A program made the position numbers and the translations under genes. The notes under the pieces are model-generated. The model had not been told where the DNA came from and ran no database searches. It was given only the letters and a program-made list of their open reading frames with translations. 64,000 bases of DNA from Squalus acanthias (lineage: Eukaryota), in contig CM059431.1 in assembly GCA_030390025.1 (NCBI GenBank), forward strand, positions 110,300,001-110,364,000, given 5' to 3'. Of this stretch, positions 24,575 to 36,235 are shown one piece after another; the first letter of the stretch is position 1, and each line of letters starts with the position of its first letter.

Positions 24575-26284
24575 TGTAAGGGGTTGTGTCGTGCTTGTAT
24601 CGCAGGCGGTGCTGGTACGGGGTTAGGCCTTCGTTGCCTAATACTATTGCTTGCTCTGGTCTCCGGCCAGCCTTGTTGCAATAAGCACCTGTGAGTGGTT
24701 CGACCCACTCGCCCTTACGGTTCTAACACTGGACTTAGGTGCAGAAGCAGTAATGCGGAGAAAAACTCAAATAGACCCGGTTGAATAGTACGAAATGGAA
24801 ATCTTTATTGCATAGCGTCCAAGATCATGAAGTACATGTCATAGGCGCAAATTAACGAGAGTACAAGTATACATACATTCATAAAGCTTGGTCTATGGTA
24901 ATGAAGAACGCACGGCACATCGAAAAAAGGGGAACACATTATACTTTATCCTTAATAAAACCACCCTCCCCTATCAATACCTACACTACGTCTAGATTTG
25001 TAGGATCGGGAAACATGCTCACCACTCGTCATACTTCGGAGAATTTTAAAGTGAGGCACTCGGCTCGTTTCGCTGCAGCGCCTGACTGTCACGTGTTTGG
25101 AGGGGTCTCTATACCCCACTTGTTTATCTTCGCTGCTGCGGCAAGCAGGCTGGGCTCCCCGTTGTCATGAAGAACTCGACAGCACTCGGGCCCGGCTGTA
25201 GAACTCAAAGAAAAGTCTTCCTGTACCGACACCAGTTGTCGGTAGAATTCGAAGAAGAGTCTTTGACCGGTTCGTGCAGTAACCTGTAGAGTTCAAGAAA
25301 TGGATCGTATATTTTCGGGCGCGGTCGGGGTTTACTGACCGCGGCGGCACGTGGATTCTTCTCCTCTTCTTCTCGTCTCGTCTCGTCTCTTCGGGCCTTC
25401 GGGTCCAGACACCGTTTACCGACCCTCGGGATGGTGCACTCGGCCACTTGCCCTCGTTGAGGCGGCTCGTTCCGTTTGAGCTCCACCCAACATTCGAGTA
25501 ACCGACCAGTACGGCTAAGAGTCAACAAAGTCCAGGAAAAGCACAGAAGCTCACCAGTCAAGCGAGTCCATGGAGCGGCAAGCGAATAAGAGAGTGAAAC
25601 CCTCAGCAGTCAGCAGCGAGATAAGAGAATAAGAGACCGATGGACATTTGTTGTCTATAGTTATAGTGCTGTGTTCCCTTATCTCCCGCCCAAATCTTAA
25701 TGTTTGTCCTTTGTGAAATATTGGCGCTCAAAACTCCCAGCATGGGGTGATTCTTGTCTTTAACGGGTTTCGGTAGCACCTGAGACTGGCCAACTACCCG
25801 TTAATGTTTTCCCCATTGTTGGCCCAGCCAGGATCGTATGACTCGTCTCCCTGACTGGTTTTGGGGGCCCCCGAATACTTGTTTAATCACCCGAGAATGG
25901 CTCTCTCATTGTAGAGCCGTGGGGGTATTTGTGTATTGATGTGTCTGGATGGGCCTTCGATTGCCCAGTACAATGGTCCTTACTTGTGCATGGAAAATGA
26001 TTCCAGCACTCATATCTTTTGCTATTGTCACAAATGCAAACAGGTTGCATCCTGTCTTTATCAGTGCTTATCGAGTATGACCCCGTCTTATATTGAAAAT
26101 GTTTATTCGAACGCCATCTTGTCTGCCCACTGTACTTCTGGAAACTTCTGCCACGATGCGCGGCGGCCATTTTACAGGCTTCTGTGTCCTGTTTAATCAC
26201 GACAGCATTTCGTTTAAATAAACTGATCAAACGAATCTGCTTCTATCTCGTTATTTCGAATCGCGATAATTGCGAAACTTTACA
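24575..26284 (-). mobile_element. Candidate solo LTR (1710 bp)
   Basis: TGTAA...TTACA termini with near-matching 4-bp flanks (GCAC/ACAC); CpG-rich relative to flanks; on the minus strand a TATA-like tataactata (~25655-25665) upstream of AATAAA (~24805). Confidence 0.6.
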
Positions 26285-27127
26285 ACACCTCCAACTTGCT
26301 GGTTAGTGGTGGGAGATAAAAATAACTTGTATTCATGCAGTGTCTTTCACACCCCAAAGCAATTCACAGGTGATGAAGTACTTTTAAAGTGCAGTCAATA
26401 GTCTTATGTAGGCAAACACAGCAGCTGATTTGTACATAGCAAGGCCCCACAAACAAAAATGAGATAAATGACCAGTTCAGTATTGATTCTGGGCTGATAG
26501 TGACATTAGGACAAATACAGGTGCCCCCCCCCCAAGGAGTAGGGCACTACTAGTATATAATGAGTGGCGCAGTTTAACTAAAAGTGTGTGTGTGGTGTTA
26601 AATGACAATCTGTTTCTCGTAGTCAGTAAGGCAGGTTATGTCCTGTGGTGCCCAATGGTCACGGAAGGCATCAGACATAACATTGGGCACTGTGTGATCA
26701 CACTCCAAGGTTACTTGGACGCAACACTCTGAAGAGCGGCGAGTTGTTAGAGAAACCCGGCAATCCAACGCATCCTGGACCTATGGGTGGCGGACTTCGC
26801 CAGACCCACATGGAGATTTTCAAATTTGTTCACCGCTTTGAGCAACAGGGGACCAAAGATAAGAGTGTAATGAAAAATGCAGTCAGTGGTTGAGGACTAG
26901 CCAGGTCTGGTGTAGCTAGAGCCCAGTTAAAGAGTGAATGCACCACTTAAAGCAAGGTGATATGGGGATAGGACGGGAAAGTGGAGTTGAGGTAGATGGT
27001 CAGCCACGATCTTATTGAATGGCGGAGGGGCCGTATGGCCGACTCCTGCTCCTATTTCTTATGTTCTTATGTGTCCTTCAACTCATATGTAAATCTGTGC
27101 TGCTACTAGGAGAGCAACATAACACTG

Positions 27128-28583
27128 GCAAGAGCACCGATTCTCGGACACACAGTGGAGGTACTTATGGAGCAGGTGAGACTACGCAAGCAGGTTCTGT
27201 TCCCCTCGAATGGCAGGAAGGTACCCAAGCAGGTGTTGCAACAGGTTTGGAGGGAGGTGGCAGACAATATCAATGTCATAGAATCACCCCCAGGTTAAGT
27301 GCCGCAAGCTCCTCAACGACCTGACCCGAACAGCAAGGATGAGAATGATGTCTTCCAATCTCTATTTCTTTACGTTAGATCTTGCCATAGCACTTTCCCT
27401 TCTCCAGTACTCCAAATGCTTTCTCTCCCACTCCACATGCTTCTCCATGAATGACTAGAAGACACTGTACCGACTCTCCTCATACCAATGACACACTCGC
27501 CTGTTGCTGCTTCCTTCACCACAGGCACAGGCAGCATTCTGCTTTGACCTGGTAGCAACTGCAAAGCATTTTACTCCTCTGCTGACTGCTTTCACATTTC
27601 ACACTGGAGCTACTTTCTTGTGCATGACCACCTCCCCAACTTGCTGCTTCTCACTCTCAGCATGCACACTATATGAAGCTGCCTTATACACCTGCATAGC
27701 CTTTTACAACAACCACATGTTAACTCTCTTCCCTCTTTCTCTGCTGGAGAAACTGGCTCATAATAACTGGGAGAGCACCAGAAACAGGACAGGGCCACCC
27801 TCCATCCAGGCCATCACCCAGATGAAGGAGAAAGCCATAGACATCACTGGAGCGATGAAAGTCACATTCAGCGGGCGTCTGACTATTACCTTTACCTTTT
27901 CTCTTTTCTGAAGCAATTACGTGTACAGGCAGTGTGGCAACATGGTATTGCATAGTACTGCCAGTCACCTGTTACTGCCAAGCACTTATGTCCAATGCTG
28001 ACCCTTGCCCCTCTCCCCTTTTTCTAGGTCCATCTGAACACCTGGACCCTGCAGAACATGACTTGGAGGAGGACAATCCTCTAGAAGGAGCACCGGTGCT
28101 CGCTCCAACCCTCCTAAGAACCAGTACAGAAATCGGCACCCCAGGTAGGATAGAAAGTGGGCTAGAGGATGTGCAGATGGTGAATCACAGAGCACGGGGA
28201 GCAGGGGTTAATAGGTATTGGAAAGCCTTGCCGCACCCAGGAGCTGCTGCACCATGTCTGAGAATATGGAGGTGTCTGCTTCCCAGTTGAATGGTATTCT
28301 GTCACAAGACATCAGCGCTCTGCAGTTTACCATAGAGCGTATTGTCACCTCTATGGACGCTGCAGTCTGGTCCTCACACCAGGAATCTGTATTATCAGCT
28401 CATGCAGCTTTGATTGAAGCTCAAACTGGGGCCATTCAGACTCTGGCCTCCACCATCCCCACTGCCTTTGAAAGACTGGTGGAATGCATTGATAGGGGCT
28501 TCAATCATATCACAGATCTCCTACAGTCCACGTTCCTGCAGATCAATGGGAGTAATGAGCTGTACTTCCGCTTATTCCGGTGA
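27128..28583 (+). pseudogene. Decayed Harbinger Myb/SANT-like gene of a divergent family; element end at ~28770
   Basis: Frameshifted RAHRFSD..VEVLMEQVRLRKQVLFPSNGRK..QVWREVA...CRKLLNDLTRTAR, then an exon-2-like EKLAHNNWESTRNRTGPPSIQAITQMKEKA paralleling AKLAHNRRQQQRTGGG; TIR-like AAAATCAGCCC ends at 28770. Confidence 0.75.
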
Positions 28584-29249
28584 AAATGGCGTTGGGGTCC
28601 TATTGACACCGTTGGACCCTGATTTAAATACTTAAATGAGGCTCCTGTCTGCTTTGGGCAGACCCATGGGCTGCCTTAGGATAGGCCTGACCAAAATGAC
28701 AGCAAGCGGGAACAGGGTAATAAGTACAGCACTCGATTTTCAGGCCGCTACCACAAGTTAAAATCAGCCCTACTATGTCCAGTCTTTGCAAAGCAGCAAT
28801 CAACAAAGCAACACAATGCTGAGCAAATTCCCACATCGGTATAGTATAAGTCTAAAGTTGTTGTGCTGAAGCTCTGTGATCCTATGGCCAGATAGCACCT
28901 TGAAATCTGCACTCATTCCTGTATCGCCAAAGCACAGGGGAATTATCCAACTTTCATAAATGGTGCAGAGAAGGGATAAAAGGATGATTTCTAGTATCTG
29001 AGGATTGAGTTATAAAGTTCAGCATTAGAAAGGATTGAACGAGCAGAGACTTTGTAGAGGTATAGAAGATATTAAGTGGGAATAGAAAAGGTTAAATCTG
29101 AGGACTATGATTGCAGGACAAGGGGACTTAGGTACAAACTAGAAAAAGGCAAGTCAGGGCTGATGTCGGGAAGCAGTCCAACACACAAAGTGATTAATAC
29201 CTGGAGTGGCCTTTGGCATCGGGTACATTACAACAGTGACTATTTTGAA

Positions 29250-29497
29250 GACGAAGAGCCGGGGAATTCTCCCCGGTGTCCTGGCCAATACGTATTCCTC
29301 AACCAACATCGCTAAAGCAGATTACCTGGTCATTTATCACATTGCTGTTTGTGGGAGCTTGCTGTGCGCAAATTGGCTTCTGCGTTTCCTACATCATAAC
29401 AGTGACTACACTTCAGAAGTACTTCATTGGCTGTAAAGCCTTTTTGGGACATCCTCGGGTCATGAAAAGCGCTATATAAATGCAAGTTCTTTCTTTT
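29250..29497 (+). mobile_element. Deu-domain SINE 3' half
   Basis: gaagagccggggaattctccccggtgtcctggccaata...gctatataaatgcaagttctttctttt, as in the 38005 copy. Confidence 0.8.
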
Positions 29498-30595
29498 CAG
29501 TCGAGGCCAATACTCTGGAATCATTCCAGATGCAGTAGAATGCTGCGATGGTGGGACCAAAGGTGCGATGGACGAATGGGCTCCCTCTTTTATACTTCAT
29601 GACCTTTGTGATGAATTCTATCCGTTCTGCAGCTCGCTGCCTTGTTTTGCTTGAAAAAACCTCTGTACTGTAGAAGTGGTTAATCTGTTCCAATACAGCT
29701 ACAACTTATAGCTTTGTTTTTCAACTGGCAACTTTGGCTGCTTTTACGAACCTCTACCAGTCACATTGTTTACTAAGCAGCATGGTTAGTTGCCAGTCGA
29801 GTTGATCGTTCTGTCTCAGTGCCTCCTGGCCCAATGATACAGCATGTTTAGAACAGTTTTTACAGACTCTTCCAAGTACTTGGTAATACATCTACTATTG
29901 TCTGCTCACATGCAGATTCAGGCAACCTTTCAAAAAGAGTATGCTGCACACGGTACAGAACAATCCTACTGCTCTGTGACCAGAGGAACTCATGGAAACT
30001 AAATTCCAGAGAATCAATCTAATACAGAGCGGCTGAAGGAGATATTAGGAGGGGGGTAACCAAAAAAGTTTGGTCAAAGGTGTAGGTTTTCAGCAGGGTC
30101 TTAACGGAAGTGGGAGGTGGAGGGACTTAGGGAGGGGATTCCAGAGCATGAGGCATAGACAGCTGAAGGCACGGCCGCCAATGGGGGAGTGAAGGAATGG
30201 GGGGATGCACAAGAGATCAGAGTCGGAGAAACATAGGGGGAAAAATTAGGTCGCGCCCCATTTGGGGCGCAAATATCGTCTGGACGCAAATATTAGCGCC
30301 TGGCGCTAATTATCGCCACTGACTGGAAACTTCACTTTTACCGCCCCGGGAGGTGAGTGGAGCGCTAAATCAGGCGCTGCACACCTGTCTTAAGGCGCAA
30401 AGGCCGAGCAGTGAGGCGCTAACTCAGCGCGCGAGCGCAGCACAGCTGCTGCCAGTTAGCGAGGGAACACAGACACACTGGCGCCGGCCACTTCTTAAAG
30501 CGGGGGGGGGCCAACTTGCTCCCCAGCCACACCCTGCTCATTGCAGCCTTGAATCTCGGCCTGGAGAGACCTGTGAATCCATTTTGCTGCCAAGG

Positions 30596-32406
30596 ATGGA
30601 GAGGGTGAGAGAACGAGCTCATCACTTCACCGAGCGGGCCTTGGATGCTCTGGTTGGCGCGGTGGAGCGCAGAAGATGTATACTCTTCCCTGAGAGTGGC
30701 AGGAGGCCTTTGCCACGCGAGTTCAGAAGAGTGTGGAGGGAGGTGGCTCAGAGCGTCTCCTCCAGGAGCATGGTGCCCAGGACCCATACTCAATGCCGCA
30801 AAAAGTTCAACGACCTCACTCGGGTCGTCAGGGTGAGTGGCTTTTTCTCAATACCTCTCCATCCCTCCATCTCAACCTCACTCTATGGCCAGAGGGTCTT
30901 AAAACCCCAATGCACAACACTCATCCAACACCTATGGCCCTTTCATGAAACACACACACACATTCCACACTTTGCATACAGTAAGGGCTATTCACCTATG
31001 GGAGGCACATCAGGCAAGACCATGGCTGCATACAGTAAGGGCTATTCACCTATGGGAGGCACATCAGGCAAGACCATGGCTGTATATTTACTCAGATGCT
31101 GTCCTTTTTCTTACAGGCCAAGCTGGCGCATAATCGGAGACAGCAGCAACGGACAGGTGGAGGGCGGCCTCAGCTGCAACCCCTCAGCGATCTTGAGGAG
31201 CGCGTCCACAGGATTGTGGCAAGCCGGGTGATCGGTCCCGTCGCCACTGGAGACGCCGACCCCGTTCTGGACAGCAATGGTAAGGTCATCACCTTTTTGT
31301 CCTCTGTCCTTCCACTTGTCCCTCACAACACCAGCCTTTGACACTTTCAATCCAACTTGCTAACTCGCTGCACTTATTCCTCCCTTACTGCCACCCTGTC
31401 CTCACGCTAAAGCCACTCTTGTACCTCCCTGCTTTCAGATGGTGATTCACCAGCTGAGGAGACGGGCCCTGAAGCTGCCACTGGGAGTGAAGCTGCAGCC
31501 GAGGAGGAAGAGGAAGCTGGAGCATCAGTGCCACCCTCTCCCGAGGAAGCCCATGCCCACACTGGGAACACGCCTTCCCTGGAGGGGAGCAGGGGGGAAG
31601 GGTCTGATGAGGGTGAAGCTCCAGTACCCAGCGGGCTGCAGCAACGCCATGGGGGTAGGGAAGAACGGGGGCCTTCTCCCCAGAGGGAGCGTATGCCAGA
31701 CACTCCTACTGCAATGGACGCAGAGGAGGAGCGGCTGATCGCAGAAATGAACACCCAGGCGGTGGGCATGCACACTGAGCTCATGGGTGCAGTGGGAAGG
31801 GTGCCCGAATGCATTGAGTCACTGGCAAGGAGTGTGGAGCACTTCGCTGTAGCACAGGCGGATGCCACACTAACGCTTAGTGCTGCAATTCAGTCACTGG
31901 CTGCCGTGATCCCATCTCTGACTGCTCTCATGCAGACTCAGATTGAGGCCACGCGAGCACAGACTGCTGCCAACCTCGATGGTTCGTTCACATGTCCCCG
32001 GGGCTGTCACCGCGCCGCAGCAGGCCAGCAATCTGTTCTCCAGCAGATTGCTCCGGATGCTGAAGTGCTGCCCCGTGGGAGTGCCAGTGTGTCGGGCGAG
32101 CAGGGAGTTGCTGTCCTCTCTCACGATGACAGCATTCCTGCTGCCAACACTGTCACTTCTCCACTGCACTTGCCACCGCCTGTAGGACAGACTGCTGCCG
32201 CCCATGCAGAGTTGGTGCAGTCTGCAGCCGGGCCCTCCAGGCCCAGAACTGGTCGAGGCCGTCCTTCAGGGGCATCTGCAGTGTCAGGGTCTGATGAGCA
32301 GCAGCCTTCCACCAGCCTTGCTGCAGCCACTGAGGTCCCATTACGGAGGAGCAGTAGGGTTAGAAGGGGAGAAGTGCGCAAGGGAAGGAGATCACCCTCG
32401 AAGTGA
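30596..32406 (+). CDS. Harbinger Myb/SANT-like DNA-binding protein, 3 exons (30596-30832, 31117-31279, 31439-32406), 455 aa
   Basis: Exon 1 has F.ERALDALV..VE.RR..LF...W.EVA..V...RT..QCRKKFNDL. GT-AG introns (AGG|gtgagt..ttacag|GCC; AATG|gtaagg..tttcag|AT) join in frame, and the same structure is in copy 2. Confidence 0.88.
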
Positions 32407-32726
32407 AAAAGGAGGAGGTGTGACAAAATGCTGGTCATTTTTTTATTAAAGGTCGAGGTTCATGGTCCAACTTTTGTTTAGTGTTTTGGACATTATCTCC
32501 AGGTTGTGAGAACCAGTTATGTTATTGACTGTTTTTTTGTGTTTATTTCTATGAGTTTGTCATGAGGAATTGACACACACAGAGTTTGTAAAATAAATAA
32601 GTTTCTGTATTCAAAATATACATGGTTGGTGGTTGGAATTATTGGTGCCTTGGCCGGCTTAGGGGTTGCGTGCTGGGTTCATTGATGTTGTTAGCAATGG
32701 CAGAAGCCATTTCCACAGCAGGGGCC

Positions 32727-33887
32727 CTAGAAGCGGCTTGCTATTAGCCGTTGACGGACGGCCCTTGCAGTTTCACCATTGTGGGCCGCCCTCCCGCCTT
32801 GGTGCTGCTGATGATCATCCTCCTCGTCCTCTTCCTCCTCTTCCTCCTCCTCCTCTGGTGGTGCTCCAAGGCCTGGTGGCATTGGCTGGGTCCTGAGGAT
32901 TGCCATGTTATGCAACATGCAGCACACAACTACGAAGTTGGATACTCGCTCAGGCGAGTACTGCAGGGCTCCTCCAGAATGGTCGAGACAGCAGAACCGT
33001 TGCTTCAGCACGCTGATTGTGCGCTCAATTATGTTCCTGGTAGCTTGATGGCTCTCATTGTACCGCAGCTCAGCAGGGGTGTTGGGCGTACGGAGCGGTG
33101 TCATCAGCCAGGTGCTCAATGCATACCCCTTGTCCCCGAGAAGCCAACCAACTGGCTGATGCGGTGCCTCGAAAAGTTCTGCCACAGTAGTCTGGCGCAG
33201 GATAAAAGCATCGTGGCAGCTGCCAGGATAGTGGGCATTGACAGCGAGTATCAGCTGTCTGTGGTCACAGACCAACTGAACATTCAAGGAATGGAACCCC
33301 TTTCTGTTCCGGAATTCCTCGGCATTCTCATGCGGAGCACGCAAAGCCACATGCGTGCAGTCAATGGCGCCCTGCACCATGGGGAAGCCCGCTACCCTCG
33401 CAAAGCCCAGAGCGCGGTCACGCTGCTTGTCTGGGGTCATGGGGAAAGAGATGAACTCTCGTCTCCTTTTAAAGAGGGCATTTGTGACCTGCCGGATGCA
33501 GCAATGCACCGCGAACTGGGAGATATTGGCGAGGTCCCCAGCAGCAGCTTGAAATGAGCCAGTAGCGTAGAAGTTGAGAGCCACTGTGACCTTCACTGCC
33601 ACCGACAGAGACGTCCTGGACCTCAGTTGAGGCTGCAGATCTGGCTGCAGCAGGTGGCAGAGCTCAGTGACCACCTCCTTGCTGAATCGCAGCTTTCGCA
33701 AACACAGCTCCTCAGACATATGAAGGTAGGAGAGCTGTTCACGATATACCCTGGGAGGGTAAGCTCTCCTGTACATACGCCTGTTGGCCCTCCTCCGTCT
33801 GGCCATCATTGCCACTCTCTCTCTGCGTCTCTGTGTCCTCTGATTCAGCTGGAGCAGGACGACGCCCCCAATCAGTGCAGCCCCCAT
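32727..33887 (-). CDS. Harbinger (HARBI1-like) DDE transposase, 386 aa
   Basis: Motifs GAIDCTH, NRKGFHSLNVQLVCD, YPGSCHDAFIL, LLGDKGY, RNIIERT, CCMLHN. First ATG (MGAALIGG) at 33887 matches copy 2. Confidence 0.95.
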   Translation of the reverse strand: MGAALIGGVVLLQLNQRTQRRRERVAMMARRRRANRRMYRRAYPPRVYREQLSYLHMSEELCLRKLRFSKEVVTELCHLLQPDLQPQLRSRTSLSVAVKVTVALNFYATGSFQAAAGDLANISQFAVHCCIRQVTNALFKRRREFISFPMTPDKQRDRALGFARVAGFPMVQGAIDCTHVALRAPHENAEEFRNRKGFHSLNVQLVCDHRQLILAVNAHYPGSCHDAFILRQTTVAELFEAPHQPVGWLLGDKGYALSTWLMTPLRTPNTPAELRYNESHQATRNIIERTISVLKQRFCCLDHSGGALQYSPERVSNFVVVCCMLHNMAILRTQPMPPGLGAPPEEEEEEEEEDEEDDHQQHQGGRAAHNGETARAVRQRLIASRF

Positions 33888-36035
33888 AGTCTCTTTGCAA
33901 GCAAAGTAATGAAGGACAGCAACTAAAGTACTAGCGAAGTTAGGATCAGTAGGCAAAACTACCTCACAAAGCGTTGAGTCAATGCAGAAGTCTCTCTTTC
34001 TCTCTCTCCGAATCTCTCTCTCTCTCTCAGAACGAGTGGTGCAAAAATGTCCACCACAGAAAAAGACAGGAAGAGGCCCCCTTTAAATAGCTCCCCCCCC
34101 CAGCCCCACAGCGATTGATAGCGTTCCAGTCTTCCGGTCGTTGGATGCGCCAGGCGGTAAGGCAGGGGGCGCCACTCAATTTCCGCTCCGGGGCACCACA
34201 AGGGCGTTGCACCATGGAATGACGTCACAATCTGCGCGCGCAGGTGGTCGCAGCGGTAAGGTTTAGCGCCGTCGCACAATCTCTAGTTAAGTTCCCGAGC
34301 GGCGCAAACATCGCTGCGCCTGGGCGTTAGCGGCTTTGCGCCCCATTAGCGCCCTCTTAAGGCGCTAACGGGAGGCGCAACCAACTGAATTTTTACCCCA
34401 TAGAGTTCTGAGGCTTGTAGGGTTGGAGGCGGTTACAGAGATAGGGAGGGACAAGGCCATGAAGTGATTTAAACACAAGGATGAGAGTTTTAAATTGGAA
34501 GCACTGGGGGACCAGGAGCCAGTGTAAGCCAGCGAGGACGGGTGTGATGGGTGAACGGGATATTATACAGGCAGCAGACGTTTAGATAAGCTGAAGGGCA
34601 TGGAGAATGGGAAGCCAGCTAGGAGAGCATTGGAACAATTGAGTTGGAAGGTGACAAAGACACGGATGAGAGTTTCAGCAGTAGATGGGCTAAGGCAGGG
34701 ATGGAGGCAGGAGATATTATGGAAGTGGAGGTATTAGTGATGGAGAGGATATGGGGTTAGAAGTTCGGCTCAGGGTTGAATAGGATGCTGAGGTTGTGAA
34801 CAGTCTAGTTCAACCCGAGACAGTGGCTGGCGAGGGGGATGGAATTGGTGGCAAGGGGTATGGAGTTTTTGCCAGGGACCAAAGACAATGGCTTTGATAT
34901 TCTTAATGTTTAACTGGAGGAAATTGTGGCTCATCCAAGATTGGATGTGAGACAAGCAGTTTGACAGCACAGACGCAGTGGAGGGGTCGAGACAGATAGT
35001 GGATAGGTAGAGCTGGGTGTCGTCAATGTACATGTGGAAGCTGACCCATTGTCTTTGAATGTTGACAAGTGGCTGCATATAGATGAGGTAGAGGAGGGGG
35101 CCAAGATGGATCCTTGGGAGACTCCAGAGATAACGGTGCGGGGATGGGCAGAAAAGCCATTGCTAGAGATGCTATGGCTAAGATTGGATAGGTTATTGAA
35201 CCAAGAATCTGACTGAAGATTTTGCACTTTTGCTTGGCGAATCTTGGCGCCTGTTTGTTGCAGGGCACATGCACTGTTTATCTCAGCCCAGATGGCGGGA
35301 TATTGATAGGAAATGAATGAAAGAAAAGGGAGGGAGGGGTGACCCGAACAAAGATTCAACAGTGAGAAAAAAACAGGGAAGCCAGGAAAAATGTTTCGGA
35401 GCGCAGGGACAAAAGAAGTAACATTAGATTAAACAGCAAGTAAATGCAGGATGGTATTACATCTGCGACTTTAGTCTATCTGCCTTCAGTTGTTTTATTT
35501 TATTGTTTTATTCAGCCCTATTCGATTGCTGTTTGCAGACTGGGGACATAATGGGGGGGGCGGGGGGGGAGGCGGAATAACTGCCGGTAGCAAAATCGTA
35601 AATGTGTGAAAAGAATGTGCTTACAATTTCGCTGTTAGGGAACGAAAGAAATCTTCCCCCTTCCCGTATTCATTTTTCTTACCTATTCCATCCTGTCTTA
35701 ATAACTGTTTTGCTTCTTAAAAGGTAAGTAATAATTATTTTCTAAACTGTTAGATAAAACCTCCTGCATGTACGAAAGAGAGCACTTAAAAAAGGAGCAG
35801 GTGTATTTCCACCCTACCGTTTGGAGCATTTGCACTTGCCGGAGCCAAAATCAAGCAAGGAAAAAATAGTGCCATATACAGGAAAGTCTTACGATGCAGA
35901 AGAGGTTTTGTCCTGTCTAGGGTCTGCAACTGGTTACTGTTAAAGGACACAGCCCGGGTGTGCCTTTCAATTAAAAAAAAAAATCCTGCAGATCAAAATT
36001 AAAGATTTAGTGAATCAAATGTTATAATCAGTGTT

Positions 36036-36235
36036 CGAGTCTCTTCGCCGGGAGCAAGCGGAAGCCAAGTGCAAGCAGCGCAAGGAGCGCACGCCAATCC
36101 AAGCACCCCACCCACCGTCTGCCCCACCTGTGTCAGAGACTGTATTGGACTCATCAGTCACCTGAGAACTCATTTTTAATGTGGAAGCAAGTCATCCTCG
36201 GTTCCGAGGGACTGCCTAAGAAGAAGAAGAAGAAG
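36036..36235 (+). mobile_element. 5'-truncated RTE-type LINE
   Basis: 12-bp TSD ATAATCAGTGTT (36024-36035, 36236-36247); remnant CPTC...IGLISHLRTH; (AAG)n tail. Confidence 0.8.

Larger units (their letters stand above)
30236..34399. mobile_element. Full-length PIF/Harbinger DNA transposon, copy 1 (4164 bp)
   Basis: Termini GGGGGAAAAATT / AATTTTTACCCC; 3-bp TSD ATA (30233-30235, 34400-34402); convergent Myb-like and transposase genes. Confidence 0.95.
30030..35170 (-). mobile_element. L2-type LINE fragment split by the Harbinger insertion (30030-30235 and 34400-35170)
   Basis: L2 sequence is continuous across the insertion; the right part encodes RT remnants (GVSQGSILAP, FHMYIDDTQLYLS). Confidence 0.8.

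Noticed and set aside
25936..26196. Cys-rich 86-aa ORF in the candidate LTR as a viral accessory gene
   Set aside because: Short, opposite to the inferred LTR orientation, and with no recognisable homology.
30353..31231. 292-aa ORF as the Myb protein
   Set aside because: It starts at a non-ATG codon, its upstream part is not open in copy 2, and it reads through intron 1. The spliced model fits both copies.
32751..33557. 268-aa antisense ORF present in both transposases (also 57619-58425)
   Set aside because: It is codon-aligned with the sense frame, so it stays open simply because TTA/CTA/TCA codons are rare in the transposase; no recognisable domain.
32727..33887. Domesticated host genes HARBI1/NAIF1
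   Set aside because: TIRs, TSDs, two copies and insertion into LINE remnants show these are transposon genes.
33888..33956. 23-aa N-terminal extension of transposase copy 1
   Set aside because: Non-ATG start and not reported as an extension in copy 2; the shared ATG is at 33887.
36140..36175. agtcacctgagaactcat resembling the KLF zinc-finger exon (HLRTH)
   Set aside because: It is inside a TSD-flanked RTE 3' end with an (AAG)n tail.
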